A stretch of DNA of 64,000 nt, from contig NC_043005.1 of the NCBI RefSeq assembly GCF_006345805.1, positions 34,534,001 through 34,598,000 of the forward strand, read 5' to 3'. Shown here piece by piece: positions 21,740-35,830 of this stretch. The stretch's first letter is position 1, and each line of letters starts with the position of its first letter. Origin of the DNA: Octopus sinensis (lineage: Eukaryota). Below the pieces are notes generated by a model. It worked only from the letters and a program-made list of their open reading frames with translations, was not told the DNA's origin and did no database searches. A program made the translations under genes and the position numbers.

Positions 21740-24700
21740 CTGAAATTAAAGAGATGAGAAAACCTTTAGTTAAACTTGGTATTAAAAATAGTTTTGATAA
21801 AAGCACAGCTCTCCCTTTTCAAGTACAAGTTAAAATAATCTGAAAGCAAATTAAAATAGAAGTAAATTAAGTAATGCTGTCCAAAGTATTTCTGATGTCT
21901 TTATCTAATGAGTAATAAATTTGTTTCATTTTGACTAACAAACATTTGTTGAAAAAGGATCAAAACATCTTTGAGTTAATGGGAATCATTTGAAGTCAGG
22001 ACTGTGACAATCAGCTGGATCCCATCTTTAGAAAAAAAATCCCAACCCACTTTAATTTTGAAAGAACCACTTCTTACTGGGTCCGTAAATAGTCTATTCC
22101 AGCCATCCAAATTTGCCTTGTAGTTTTTGGTACAGAACCCTCACTTAATTCCTTGGTTAAAACTTCATGATTGTGACCTGGTATCACTACTCCAAGAATG
22201 ACTAAATAAACACAATGATGAAGTAAATTCACATTTAACACCAATCAATGTAAGTTCAGACAATTCAAAACAAAGAGTCTACTATAGTGTTATCAAAATA
22301 TATTTAATTTAATTTGATCTGAGATTATTTTAATTTGCTTTCATTTCACTTATACTTGAAAAAATGTTTAACACAAAACCATTGGAAATAGGGGACACAC
22401 AGAGACACATATGAATAAGAGAGTGAATGATGGAAAGTGTATGGAAGAAAAGGGGAGAGTGACTGAGAGGGATAAAGAATGTGTGTGTGTGTGTGTGCAT
22501 AAAAGTTGATGGAAACAGTTTGACATTACCTTTGGTTTAATCTTTTCTTATGGCCAGGCAGGATAGGAACATAAATCATTTTAGCCCCATGTACAACCAT
22601 GGAGGCATTGTAGCCTGTCTTTTCCTGGAAAAAGAGGTAAAGTCATGATTCCAAACAAAGATCATGGTTTCAAACAAAGAATCATGGGTTTCAATTGCCA
22701 GACCAGATAGTGCATTGTGTTTTTGAGGAAAACACTTAATTTCACATTGCCCCAGTCCACTCAGCTGTAAATGGGTTACTCTGCACAGACTGGTATTCCA
22801 TTTAGAGGGAATGTGACCTGCTCACCAAGCTAGTTGGTGATATCATTAAAATGCTACAACATGAGGAAGTGCATTGTGACCGGTGGTATATAACATCTGA
22901 TAGTCTGGTTTATGTTTAACCCTTTAGTGTTCGCATTATTCTACCAAAATTAATCCTTTTTTATCCACATTGTCTTGAACTAATCATGCATTATCTTGTA
23001 GCTATGAGATTCTAATGAGGTGGCTGTTAATTTTTTAAATGATATTGTAGGGTTGGTGTGAGAGACCAGATCTGGCCAGTTTGAACATAAAACAGGCAGA
23101 ATACTTTTGGCCGGATATGGCCAGTTTAAATGCTAAAGGGTTAAAATTGATTAAGTAAAGATAGATCAATATTGATCATAATAAGGTTTCATTGATACTG
23201 CCTTTACAAAGATAGACTGTCACAATAAAGCTGCAACTTAAATGAATCAGTTTCCTCTGGATTGGCTACTAGTCTATCAACAATTTATTACCCATGATGA
23301 CTTTCAGCCATGAGCTGAGTAACCCTTCTCATTTTTCAAATAACCTCTCACTTTTACATTGCTTGCCTTATATTTACTCAGCCTTGTAGTGTTTATCAGT
23401 TCTAAAAGAACAGAGGACCAAGGTGTATTAGATTTGAACCACAGAACTTTGAAATTTGTTAACTGCCCTTGCTAAATGTTGATAGAATATCATAACCGCT
23501 GCTATCATGGAATAACTCATTCAGATGTTTCTGATTTTGGATCAACAAAGCTGGTTTTATTATTTCATCTACTTCTGGAAGAATGAAAGGCAGCATTAAC
23601 TTTGACAAGGATTTCAACCCTTAAAATAAAAAACTGGAACCAATACTGTTGTGGATTTTGTGCAACACTACCAATTCTGCCAACCCAACATCCTGCTGAC
23701 AATCAAATAATATTTCGATAATGGTAAAAAATCTTACTTTAAAATGATTTAGAAACATTTCCAAGGTGAAATCTTTGGTGCCTTCAATTTCCCATCGATC
23801 CCAAACAGTCAGTGATAATTCATCGCTGAAAAAGATTTTAACAACTTTAAAAGGTGCTTAATTACATTTTTAATTAATAAATTTGTCATATCTAATTTTG
23901 AAACTGAGAAGACTTATCAGCCAAAAAGGAACTTCAAGTTCCTTTGAATACAGAATTTGGTGTCTGAGATATTAGACCTGTTTTTTCTCCAACAGATCTG
24001 CTTATCAAGATATGTTATACTCCTAATTGTCATGCATACAACCAATTGTGTACAAGGACTGATGGCCACAAACCATCATTGTTACCTCTTAGATTAAAAA
24101 AAATAGTTTCATATAAGAAGAATAAGCTTCTTAAGATTAAATTACATCTGTAGAATCAGATAATAGTGAAATAAGTGTAAAAAGCTATCAGTGATACAAT
24201 GCTCATTTACTTGGATATCTCACAAAAGTGGCATTTCAGAGACCTCCTGTGTGAGCTACTCTAAGATAATCACATTGAATGGTCCAGCATTAATCCACTG
24301 TCATATGGGTATCCCAATGTTCTTGGTATTTTTCTTTCATATTTCTTCAATTTGGATGAAATTGTTCACCCTGTTCATCATTTATGTCACCAAAGTTGTC
24401 TGGGAAATAATTCAAGTGGCTGTGAAGGTAATGCACTTTGATGCTCACATTATAGACAAATTGGCAGAAAGAAGAGAGCATCTTCTCCATTAGTTCAGAG
24501 TAGTTATCTGCTTTATGGCTCTCAGGGAAATTTCTTACATTAAGAGTAAATGAAGACCATGCATCTGCCTAAGAATTGTTAACTGAATTTTGGAAATGTG
24601 GGGCTTTCAGAAGTTCCTTGATTTGTACCTTTGCTTGGTTATCTTTTTTATCTTTTACTTGTTTGAGCTATTTGATTGCAACCAGCTGGGGCACCATCTT

Positions 24701-26070
24701 GAATGGTTTTTAGCCAAACAAATCGACCCCAGGATGTTTTTTCCACTTACAAGGTTTTGGTTGGCCTGAGGCTATAGCAGAAGACACTTGCCTAAGGTTC
24801 CACACAGTCGGATTGAACCCAAAACCATGTGGTTGAGAAACAAGCTTCTTACCACACATCCATACCAGCACCTAAATTATTTCCATGTTACCAAAACTCT
24901 CCTCCTTTGTCCGAATTGTTTCATTAAACCTAGTTTGATGTGCAGAGGTGGTAAAATAACTGTATCTCTGTTAACAAGTGTTCTGTGATTACATTCTTTT
25001 CTTCATCAGCCATGTTTCCTCTCAGAGACCATTGTTTTTCACTCAGTGCTCATCTATTATCCAAAAGATAAAGCAGGGATAAATTCACCATCTTAAGATC
25101 CACACAGATTAGCCATTGGTAATCATGGTATGGTACTTTCTGTAAAACCAGTATGATTTCTTTTTACCTTGCCATTCAATTATCTTAGTTGAGTGACCAA
25201 CTGGGATTGATCCATAGTTATTGCATTTATTGGTAAGTACAATATCTCAAAAACTAGAGCTGCTAGAAACAAACGAAGGTCACATTTTTATTCAGTGGCA
25301 TGAATAATACCCAGAATCAAGTCTAAAAATTTGAGGTGCCAAAAAAATTTTTTTAATTTATTCCCCAGTGTAACCAGTGATGGTGTTCTTACAGTGAAAG
25401 GTTGTGGGCAAGGCTTAGTTTAAAAAAGATAAACAGAAAAAGGTGGAGAGAGAGACAGAAAGGGTGTGTGTGTATGTGTCTGCAGCTGGTATGTTCTGAA
25501 CCTTTGAAGTAATTTATAAAAAACAACAGAGTAAAACCTAAAATAACTGTAGACGAACCTGATTTTAGTGTTGCTGTGGATTGAGATAGGAGTATTGATT
25601 AAAATTGAAAATATTAATGGCAGTAGGTAAATGGTTGAGACAACAGGCTACACCATAGTTAGGAAAGTACTGTTATTTTCATTTAAAGATTTTCATGCAA
25701 CAATTTGGGTGATATTTAGTAACCTTGCTTGTATATAAGACTGAAAATGAGGATAAAGAGTGAGTGTATATGTGATAATGAAAGAGTGTGAATGATGATA
25801 TGTATGTGCAAATGTGGTTGTATGATGATTTGTATAAGTGAGAGGAAGTAAAGTAAGGTTATCTAAAAAATGAGTTAAAAGTCATCAATTAGAATGTGAC
25901 AAAATATGGATCTGAGGAAAGGAGATATATATTTTGAAAATGGTATTGAACCGGAGATGACATGGTTAAGAAATTTGAATCCCAACCATGTGATCTTGGG
26001 TTCAAAGCTGGTGTTTCCATTATTTTGTCCAATTCCTGTATGTGTGTATGCATATACATGTGTATAGATA

Positions 26071-26111
<41 letters not shown>

Positions 26112-29100
26112 GTGTATATATGTGTGACTATATCAGTATGTGGACACAATGGTAGGTGTGCTTGTATTCAATAGAAATTTGTGGCAGCATTTTGACCCAA
26201 AACTGATCAACATAACATTTAATTTTTTTTTTCTTGATCTATTTAATTCTCCTTTCCCCATTTTTTATATACACATACATGTATATGTATATATGAGTAT
26301 ATGTGCATGGATATATGTGTATGTTTGTGTATCTGTATATGTGTGTATGTATGTTCATAGTTCAACAGCCTTATTTATACAGTGGATAACAAACTCTAAA
26401 ATATCAGTTTGAAAACTGCTTTGTAAATACTTAATAAATTTATAAATATCTTATTATTGAAATGTTTTATTTCAGCCTCCTTTGGCCTTGTTAATGATAT
26501 GTACTTGCAGCTGCATGATAAGATGAAACTTTTTACATCCAATATATAGAAAACAGTGAATAATACATGCTCTGATATTGCAAGTAGCTGTAAGGTTGGA
26601 CAAAAAACCCAGCATATGCAGTTGAAGCATCATTATATTAAAATAGCCATTTATGTATTATACTTAACATATACACACTGTTGACAGGAAAGATACTGTA
26701 GATTCATCTGAGATGAAAACATCTTATAGATGTGCTGTGTTAAAGACAATATATATCAGAGGAAGACGAAAATCATCTCAACAACAGCAAATGAGAACGG
26801 TAGATGCATTTCAGCCTTCTTGTGCCTTGTCAATGATGTACTAACAGCCACATGCTGCTCTAATTGTATACACCAAATTTTTATTCTGTCAGGGAGCTAT
26901 TTGCAACATCACTATTTCTTATCTATTCTAGGTGACAAATTTTGTCTTGATATGTGGCTGTGTAAACACATCACTGACAAAATCCATAATGGCTGAAACG
27001 CATTTGGCATTCTTACTAACTACTGCTGCTGGGATGATTTTTGTATCTATCCCATATATATTATTCTTTTACACAGCATATCTAGAAGAGATTTTATCAC
27101 AGACAAAAACTGCATTTTGTCAATTGCATATATACATTAAATATACTTGGTTAATTTAATGCTGCTTTCATAGCAATGACTGAGTTTGTGTGTGTCCTTG
27201 TCATCCTTGTCTTGAAATCACGTGATGGTTGTAAACAAGAAGCACCGTCATACAAATGATGTCAACATGTTTGGTCATGGAGAAATATTACTTTGCTTGG
27301 AAACAGAAAGAGCATCCTACCATAGAAAATTTGCCTCAGTGAATTCTGTTTGACCTATGCAAGCATGGAAACATGGTTGCTAAAATGATGATGTATGTTT
27401 GTGATTGAAGGAAATGGATGTTTGTAAAGTTTTGGCAAATTACTGTTTGTGACAAAATTTCATATCTAAAAATATTTAAATAGTTTTATATTTAACTAAA
27501 CTTATTTGATAATGGAAGGAACTTTTAATAGTAAATATATTTTCTAAATAGAAGTGTGTGTGAAAGAACGATGTAAGTAAATGATTTGAGTTCAATTCTC
27601 CAACAAACGGTATTACATTTTTGACTGGCAACTACTCACTTGATCTTCAGAGTTTCTGCTGCTCCTGGTTCTGACAAAAGCATCATTGGAAGAGCAAGGT
27701 TGAGGAAACAGTTGCGATATTTTTCCAGAGGATGCTTATTAATTACTTTAAGAAGTTCCACTGCTGCCTGGAATGAGACAGAAGTACCATTGCAAGACGT
27801 TAAAATTGGTCTGTTATGTTACAGCTGAGGAGACAATTAATAAATGTGTGTGTAAGAATTCTTCAATGGAAGACTTCACAAAATATTGTTGAAGTGAAAT
27901 GTAATGGGAGTTAGAAATATCATAAAATTTAAAATCGCAAAAAATTTACAAATCTGAGTTGATTTTAGATGAGAGTGAGAAGAAACCGTATGTGTGAGAG
28001 AGAAAGAGAGAGGTGGGGGGAGAAATGAAATGTCTGAAAATAAATTGGAAAATATAAATTCTCTGAAGTTAATGAATTCCAGTTGAGATGAGAATATGGT
28101 TAAAGGTCTCAAAGAGTTTGAAATATGGGTTTTGATTCACTATTGTACCATTATATTTCATTTTCTCTTTCCAAGACCATGTATCTGTATAAAATTCCAC
28201 AGGATGAAAGGAGATGGTACAAGGAAAGGTTCTTGGCAAACACAATCAACAAACATGATTTTTGTTTCTAGTTAGAACCATTTCTTTTAAGACTTTTCCC
28301 ATGCCACACAAAGAACACATAGACATCTACGTGTCTGTTTACATACATACATACACATACCCACACACACACTGAAGAAATCTAAATTTGTTAGGGAATG
28401 GTGAAGAAAATTTAAGAAACAAGAGGAATGGGAATTTAATTTTTTTTTCTTTTCTTTTCCCCCAAATAGAAGTTATTCTTGTTAGCTAGTTAGGAAGGAA
28501 GTCACTATAAAGAAATACATAATGATATCTTTGACTAAACATTAGACCTGTTTTATATGAGAGAAGCCATTATAAAGTATAGGTATTATTTGTATGTGTG
28601 TGTATTAGATAGCGAAAAAGAGTTGATCATAAAATTTAAAATGTAATTCCAACAGAAATATAGAAATACTGTATGGCAGTAGCTAGCTTAACAGTCTACT
28701 GTCTCTAATTTCCTTGTCCTGTAAAATAATGATATATTTGAAGCTCCCAGAAACTGTTGCCTCTACATCACTAAGGCTGATTATAGTACTGATCTTGGAA
28801 CTATCCAAGCAGGGGACACTGTCAGAACTCTCTGTTGCCTGAGACAACCACAGCAAGGAGGCGAATAAGAGTAAGAGGAGGAAATATGCTGAACTGATGG
28901 AGTTATACCAAAGCAATGGGTAGCTAACAAATTGTGATATATTCAAGGTGGGATGTAGACGGCTTACAGGTCAGGTCCTCTGGACATGTTACAATGTGCT
29001 TGGCATCACAGAGTCCAGTAGGCAGAAGGCCATCAGGTTGACTGTAGAGGCAGGAAAGATTGCCTCAAAATGGCTGTGGATCAGAGGTGCAAACCCTTGA

Positions 29101-32100
29101 AGGGGTGGTGCTATCTGGGTTTGATCAACCCCAACTGGGTTGTTTGGGTGAGGGTATCTGATGTTGAAAGACCCAAAATCATGAATGACCCCCCCCCCCT
29201 TCCCCAGAAAACATCACTGGCAATGTGTCCAAGTACATCACAGGATGATGTATGGAAAAAAGAAAGTGAAGAGATAATTCATTATTAGGTAAATGATTGA
29301 AATGAAAGAAATTAGTGATTTAATTGATTTCAAGAAAGTTTGTGTACAGACCAGTCCTGATACAGTTGCTGTAGTTGTAGCAATGGCAGGAACTATATGA
29401 CCTGCGATACGTTTCACCTTCAAACGGTCAGCATTCTCTATGTTGTACATGGTTGCTCGTAGATTCTGAAACAGAGAAGATCATAAAATGAAGTTCAAAC
29501 CACAGTGGAAGATTGAAAGAAATATAGTGTTAACAATGAAAATTATTAAGTAAAGCAGTAGAAGGAGACGATATTGATGATGTGTTGGAAAATACCAACA
29601 GAAATAATTCAACTAGTAGAATATATTTTACGTTGTGAAGAAATACAGAAGTCAAACATTTCAGGAAGAATCTTTTTATTAGAGACATGGACCTGTTTTA
29701 ATGTTTTGCCTTTCCACTCTTACACATAACAGACGATTAGCACATTCAAATGGTCAACAAATGTCACTCTAAACCAGAGGTAGGGAAGCCCCCACCTGTG
29801 GGTGCAATTGCACCTGTGGGCTTGTATATTTGTATGTACAAAATATAGTAAATTTTTCAGTTATAAAATTTATGCAATATTCATATGCCTATTTGCAACA
29901 TAGGCTGCCTTTCCACTACAACTTAAAATGGTTAGACTTGAACAGAAAATCATCCAGTAATTGCCATTTGTATGGAAATTTTGTTTTCACTACAAAACAC
30001 ATATTGCTAGGTCTGTACCATCCCTTTAAGACCCAACTACACTCTAGCTGAAAAATAAAGAATACCTCATAAGTAATATAAACATCCTAAATTCAGTAGT
30101 TGCATTAACGAAAATGTTACATGTTAAATTAATGTGTTAAACATTATCTTTATTAATGTATATCGAATTATACATATATATATATACAAGATTTACACAG
30201 AGTTAGAACTTGTGAACCACCTGTGAACCTTTTCAATTGGAAATTTTTGGAGCTGTTAGAATGATGGAAAGAATGTCTTGCAGTATTTGGTCCAACTCTC
30301 TTTGCTCTGAGTTCAAATTCTGCCATGATCAACATCACCTTTTATCCTTTCAGGGTTGATAGAGATGTACTGACCCACCAAACTAACAACTGCAATGACA
30401 TCAATTCCAAGTTGTATTGACTGAATTTGGCAGCCTTTTCCATGGACAAACGGTGTCATGGACAAACGGTGTCATGGACAGGAAAGACTTCCATGCAATG
30501 ACAACATCTGTCAAATGTAATATTTATTCACATTGCTTGGAATTAATCCTGTATTATCTCATAGCTTTGAGGTTTCAATGATATGATTGTATATTTTTAG
30601 AATGACATTGTAGGGTAGGAGTAAGAGGCCAGCCAGATCTAGCCAGTTTGAACAAAAAACAGGTAGAATATTTGAGCTAGATACGGCCAGCTTCAATACT
30701 AAACGATTAAAGGGAACAGGATGGTAAATGTGTGTACTTTGGTTGTTATCGTTAATGAGTCACTTGGTTCCATAGAGGCTCCTTTGTTGAACTTATTGCT
30801 TGTATTTATTCTATTGATCCCAGAAGGATGAAATGTAAAACTGACCAGCTAGAATTTGAACTTCACCTGTCAAGTACCAACATTAACTACTCCAGCGGCT
30901 TTAATGTTCCACTCTCTCTATTATTTCATCAGTTTCTTGGAAGAGGAAATGATAAAAAACTATTGCTTTGGATGGAGTGAAGGTCAGTTTGTCTGTAAAT
31001 GATAATAATGACAGTATCCATCTCCTCCTGTGTTATCCCTGGAAAGAGATTAGTCCAGTAACACAAGGTAACAAAACAGGAAGAGAAGCCTCAAAAATGT
31101 GTTGATCTTCCAGTATTAAGACACACACTCCAACCTCTGTGGTATCTCTTCAGTTTGACTCTACTACTATTACTACTACTGTGACTTTTGTCATATCCAG
31201 TGAGGCCCACCCCTATACTCTTGTTCTTCCACATCCCATCACACATATTATAGCCACCAATCTCATTTTTTTTCCTCTCCAGAATATCAATATTCCAAAA
31301 TTATTTCCCATATTTTTTTTTTTTTTCCTGCAGTTCTCAATTTTTAGCTGTGCAAGAATAACATAAACCATGTCAATTTCACTCATCCAGGACTCTGTGA
31401 GAACCATGGCTACATAACTCTGTCTTTTAACCAAGGCATTAAAAACACATAACTATTTACAGATTGGCAGAGAAAGCCATCAAGTACAATTTTGAGAGAG
31501 AAATTATCAACTGATTGTTTTCTCAGAAAACATCAACCAACTTTAATTGTTGGAATTAAATAATGTGTTGATATCAATAACATAAGTATTGTGTGGGATA
31601 CAGGCTGGTATAAAGTATATCACATTGTCAAGTGAACCCTTTTGGACAGTAACATAACTTGATATACTCACTGCAGCTGTGGTGATGAAATCAATGTGGC
31701 TGTTGGTATCATTATCTTTTTCAAACTCTATCACAGTTAAAGTTTTGTTGGCTGCAAACATAAGACAAAGTTAAAATATGAGGGAGAAAGAGAGAGAGAG
31801 AGATTTGGTTATTGGGTTAGTGTGATTCCTTTCAATATCACTCGTGGGACAGTACTTATCTCCCTGTAATACATTAACATCATCGAACAAATTTTACACA
31901 CACACACACAAGAGCAGTGAAATAAAGAACCTAACAAGTAAGATTTGGTAATAGGAAGTGCTACCATCTTAAGAAAATCTTGTCCAAACAACCCATGCCA
32001 GTATAGAAAAACTAGAAGTAATTCAAAATATGTTTTATATAATTTACAAATATAATTATAGTTAATTTGCATTCATATATAAGGTTCAGGGTTAGCTGTG

Positions 32101-35100
32101 TGCTTCCCATCCACATGGTTTCAGGTTCAGTCCCATTGCACATCATAGACAAATGTCTTGTAGTAAAGACTCTGGCTGATCAATGCCTAAAAACATAGAT
32201 TTGGTAGATATCCATCATGTGTGTGTGTGTGTATGTGTCTTTACACCTGTGCTCTTTAAAATCCAATTGCTATGAGTAGTGTAGTTGCCACTTGTGTCAA
32301 CAAACCATCTACTTGCTTTGCAACTTTTGAATATATGAAATAAAAGATCCATTACTCAAAAGACATGTAATAGTTAGCAACAAAATAAATATCCAGATAT
32401 AAAACAATGCTAACCCATGCTAGCACAGAAAAATGGATGTAAAAGGAACAAGCATACAATATTAATAAAATATTAAAGCTGATCTCAGGAAGCTGAGCCT
32501 TAAGAAGGAGATAACAAAGGACCAAGATGATTGGTGATTTGCTGTGCCTGAGAAGACCCATCCATCACAGCAGAAACGATATCTTAAAACCAAGTTGGGT
32601 ATGCTTGTACATGTGGAGCCTGGTCCCTCCTCTCCATGTCTGCTTTGTCAAGCATTTAATCTAAAATATACTCTCCTTCATTTCCTACAATGCTCTTACA
32701 TCTATCTGGTAGACTTGCAAGGCCCCCTCTTCCAAAATTCACTTGTCCATGATGAAAAATACTCCTCCAGTACTGTTCTGACCTCGTATACAAAATTCAT
32801 ATTTTCTCTGTCAAATGATTTTGAAGACTGTGGAATAAATGATAAACAGATGGGGCAATGTCCGACGAATATGGTGGGTGGGGCATCATTTCCCATTCAA
32901 ACTGCTGCAGCTTTTGGAATGTCATCCTTGTTATATGTGGCTGGGCATTATCCTGATGGAAGAACACCTTTGTCTTGAAACCAAAGCAGATCATTTTTCT
33001 TGTAGTGCTGACTTAAGCCACTCAAGCTGCTTGCAGTAGATCTCCTTTGTTATTGTTTGGTTTGGGTTTAAAAGTTCAAAGTGGTCTAAACCTTTCATAT
33101 CTCACCAAACAGATAACAACCCCTTACATGGGTGAAGACCTTCTTTAGCCTGGGGTGCTGGTGTTTCTCCTTTCCCTACCCACATTCTTCGGTGCTTGAC
33201 AGTTTTACAGAGAACCCATTTCTCATCACCAGTCACTATTCAGTCCAAAAAAGGTTCATTTGTGAGACGTGATAGCAATGAAAAGCACACATTCACTCTC
33301 TGCATGCAATTAGACTCAGAACGTTTGTGAGAAACACGTTGACCCAATTTGGTGACTGTTTTGATGGCATGCAGGTGTCACTGAATGGTTGAATGACAAA
33401 ATCCAAGCTTCTCTGCTAGTTCCTCAACAGTTACGATGGGGTTTGGAGGCCATCCTCATCGAGTTCTACAGATCTTCCAGGACGAAGTTCATCTTCTAGG
33501 CTGTAGTTTCCAGCTCGGAATTTCAGGAACCATTCTTGACACTGGCTTATGCATATTGTCCGATCCCCATATACTGCACTAATATTCCTTGCACTTTCTG
33601 TTGCATTGTTGCTTTTATTGAACTCATAAAGCAAAATATGCCGAATATGCTTCTCTGTCCCATTATAGCTTTGAAAAAATAACTGTTAAAATCGAACTGC
33701 ACTTTTCAATCAAACAAGGTAAAATTACTACCTGCTTTTATAGCAAGTTGATGCAGGTAGTTTATCCTGTCCCCCTCCAACTTTTAGTTCATGCAATTGT
33801 AAAAAACCACATTATTTATGAGATGACCCAATATTCATTTCCAGTTCTTTAAACTATTCCAATGATTGGAACATCACTATGAAGACAATTCTTTGTCCTT
33901 GTAATGTTAACATTTGACCCAATGGAACACAATCTTTGAGGTTGACTGAAGTGTTGGGGACTGCTTTGGTACCATTTCAGCATTCTGTTAAGGCATGTAG
34001 CTAAATGGTTTGGGTATCTGGCTCATAACCTTACAATTGTGAATTCGAAAACTGGCAGTGTGTTGTGTTCTAGAGCAAGTAACTTTATTTCTTGTAGCTC
34101 CTGTCTCTTCAGCTGGCGAAAATGAGTTGTACCATCAATTCAAAGGGCCAACCTTGTCACCTCCTATGTCACACTGAGTTTCCTTGAGAACTATGTTAAG
34201 GGTACGCATATTTGTAGAGTGTTCAGCCACTTTCGTGTTAGTACCAGTCAGAAAAATTTCCATGCTCTATTGTAATGTTGAAGGGACAACACCGAAAACC
34301 CAGTTTTTAAGGAAGAAATACAATGCAGCTGTATTCCATATGAGATGAAAATTTGAACTCAGCATTGTAAGCTACGAATTATAATCTCACTCACCAATAC
34401 ACACTAAAAAACCTTTTTTAGTTACAAATGGAGGTTTTACTTGATATTTTTAGGGTCATTTACTCAGTTTTACTCACAGGTTATTTGAGTCATGTACTCA
34501 GTTGCTAAATGTTGTTCATCAGTAGTGTGCAGCTCATTGGCATCCACTTTCTTTACTGCTTCATCAGTTTCAATTTGCTTTGAAAGAAAGAAATAATTAG
34601 TAATTGATTACAGATGAGAGAAGAGAAAGAGAGAACATGAGAGAGAAAAAAGTGAGACTGAAGAGGGAAAAGAAAATGAGAGAGAAACAGTAATAAGGAG
34701 GAAGGAAGGTGGAAATATATTAAATATATAAAGAAATATTTTTAAAAAAAATTTGTTTGATGTTATTGTCTGGTCAGTCACTTGGTAAGTGATTTATGAA
34801 TAAACATGACTGAGACTACAACAGTGTAACTAATGTAGGAAATTATGATAAAGAAAATTTACCATCCTTGGTGGGTGTGTAGTGCTCACTGAGCATACCC
34901 AGATATATGACACTGAAACTTGAATGCAAATGTTTTAGTCAGAAATGAAACAAAGACACTAATGGAACAAAGCTGATGTAGGTATACAAGAAATGTAGAG
35001 TTTGTGATAGATCAAAGCCAACTGGGGCTTTTTCTAGAGAATAACATAAACCATGTCAATCTCAGTAGATCCCAAGTCACTGAAGGCAATGGCTACATAA

Positions 35101-35794
35101 TCCTGTACTCTAAACAAAAGAATTAAAAATAAAACAGCTATTTATGGATTGGCAGAGAAAGCCATCAAGAAATGTTTCTCTCAGAATACAGGTAAAAATT
35201 AATATTTGTAAATCCATTCAACCTATAGCAACATGTTGAAAAATGAAAAATCAAAAGGTGTTTAATAGGTGGAAGGAGGAAAAAATAATGAGGATTCAAC
35301 CTAATGGAAGAACAGAACAACAATAATCTTACTTTATGGGACACTTTAAATTCTGGAACTTCAATATTTTCAAGATGTCTCAGTAACGATTCTGTTGATA
35401 GGTCCTGAAAAACAAATAGTGATTTTTAAGAAAAAAACTTTGCATCAATTGTACATGAACTTATTTTATTGATGGCAAAAATTAGCTTCCACAAGATTTG
35501 AACTTAAAACCAGTGGGTACAAAATAACAGAAATTAAATAAAGGATAAATAATGGGTCACTATCTGCCCCAAAAGTATTGTTTAGGCAGTGAGCTGGTAG
35601 AATCATTAGCATGCTGGGCAAAATGCTCAGTGGCATTTCATGTCTTCATGTTCTGAGTTCAAATTCTACTGAGGTCGACCTTGCCTTTCATCCTTTTGGG
35701 GTTGATAAACTAAGTACTAGTGAAACACTGCAATCAATGTAATCGATTAGTCCCCTCCCCACAAGTTTCAGGCCTTGTACCTATAGTAGAAAGG

Positions 35795-35830
<36 letters not shown>

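Noticed and set aside
30441-30480. 16-bp x2.5 tandem repeat CATGGACAAACGGTGT
   Set aside because: Simple local slippage with no further structure.
31560-31590. Editing-complementary sequence for the FEKD exon
   Set aside because: Only ~13 nt with two mismatches; expected by chance in AT-rich DNA.
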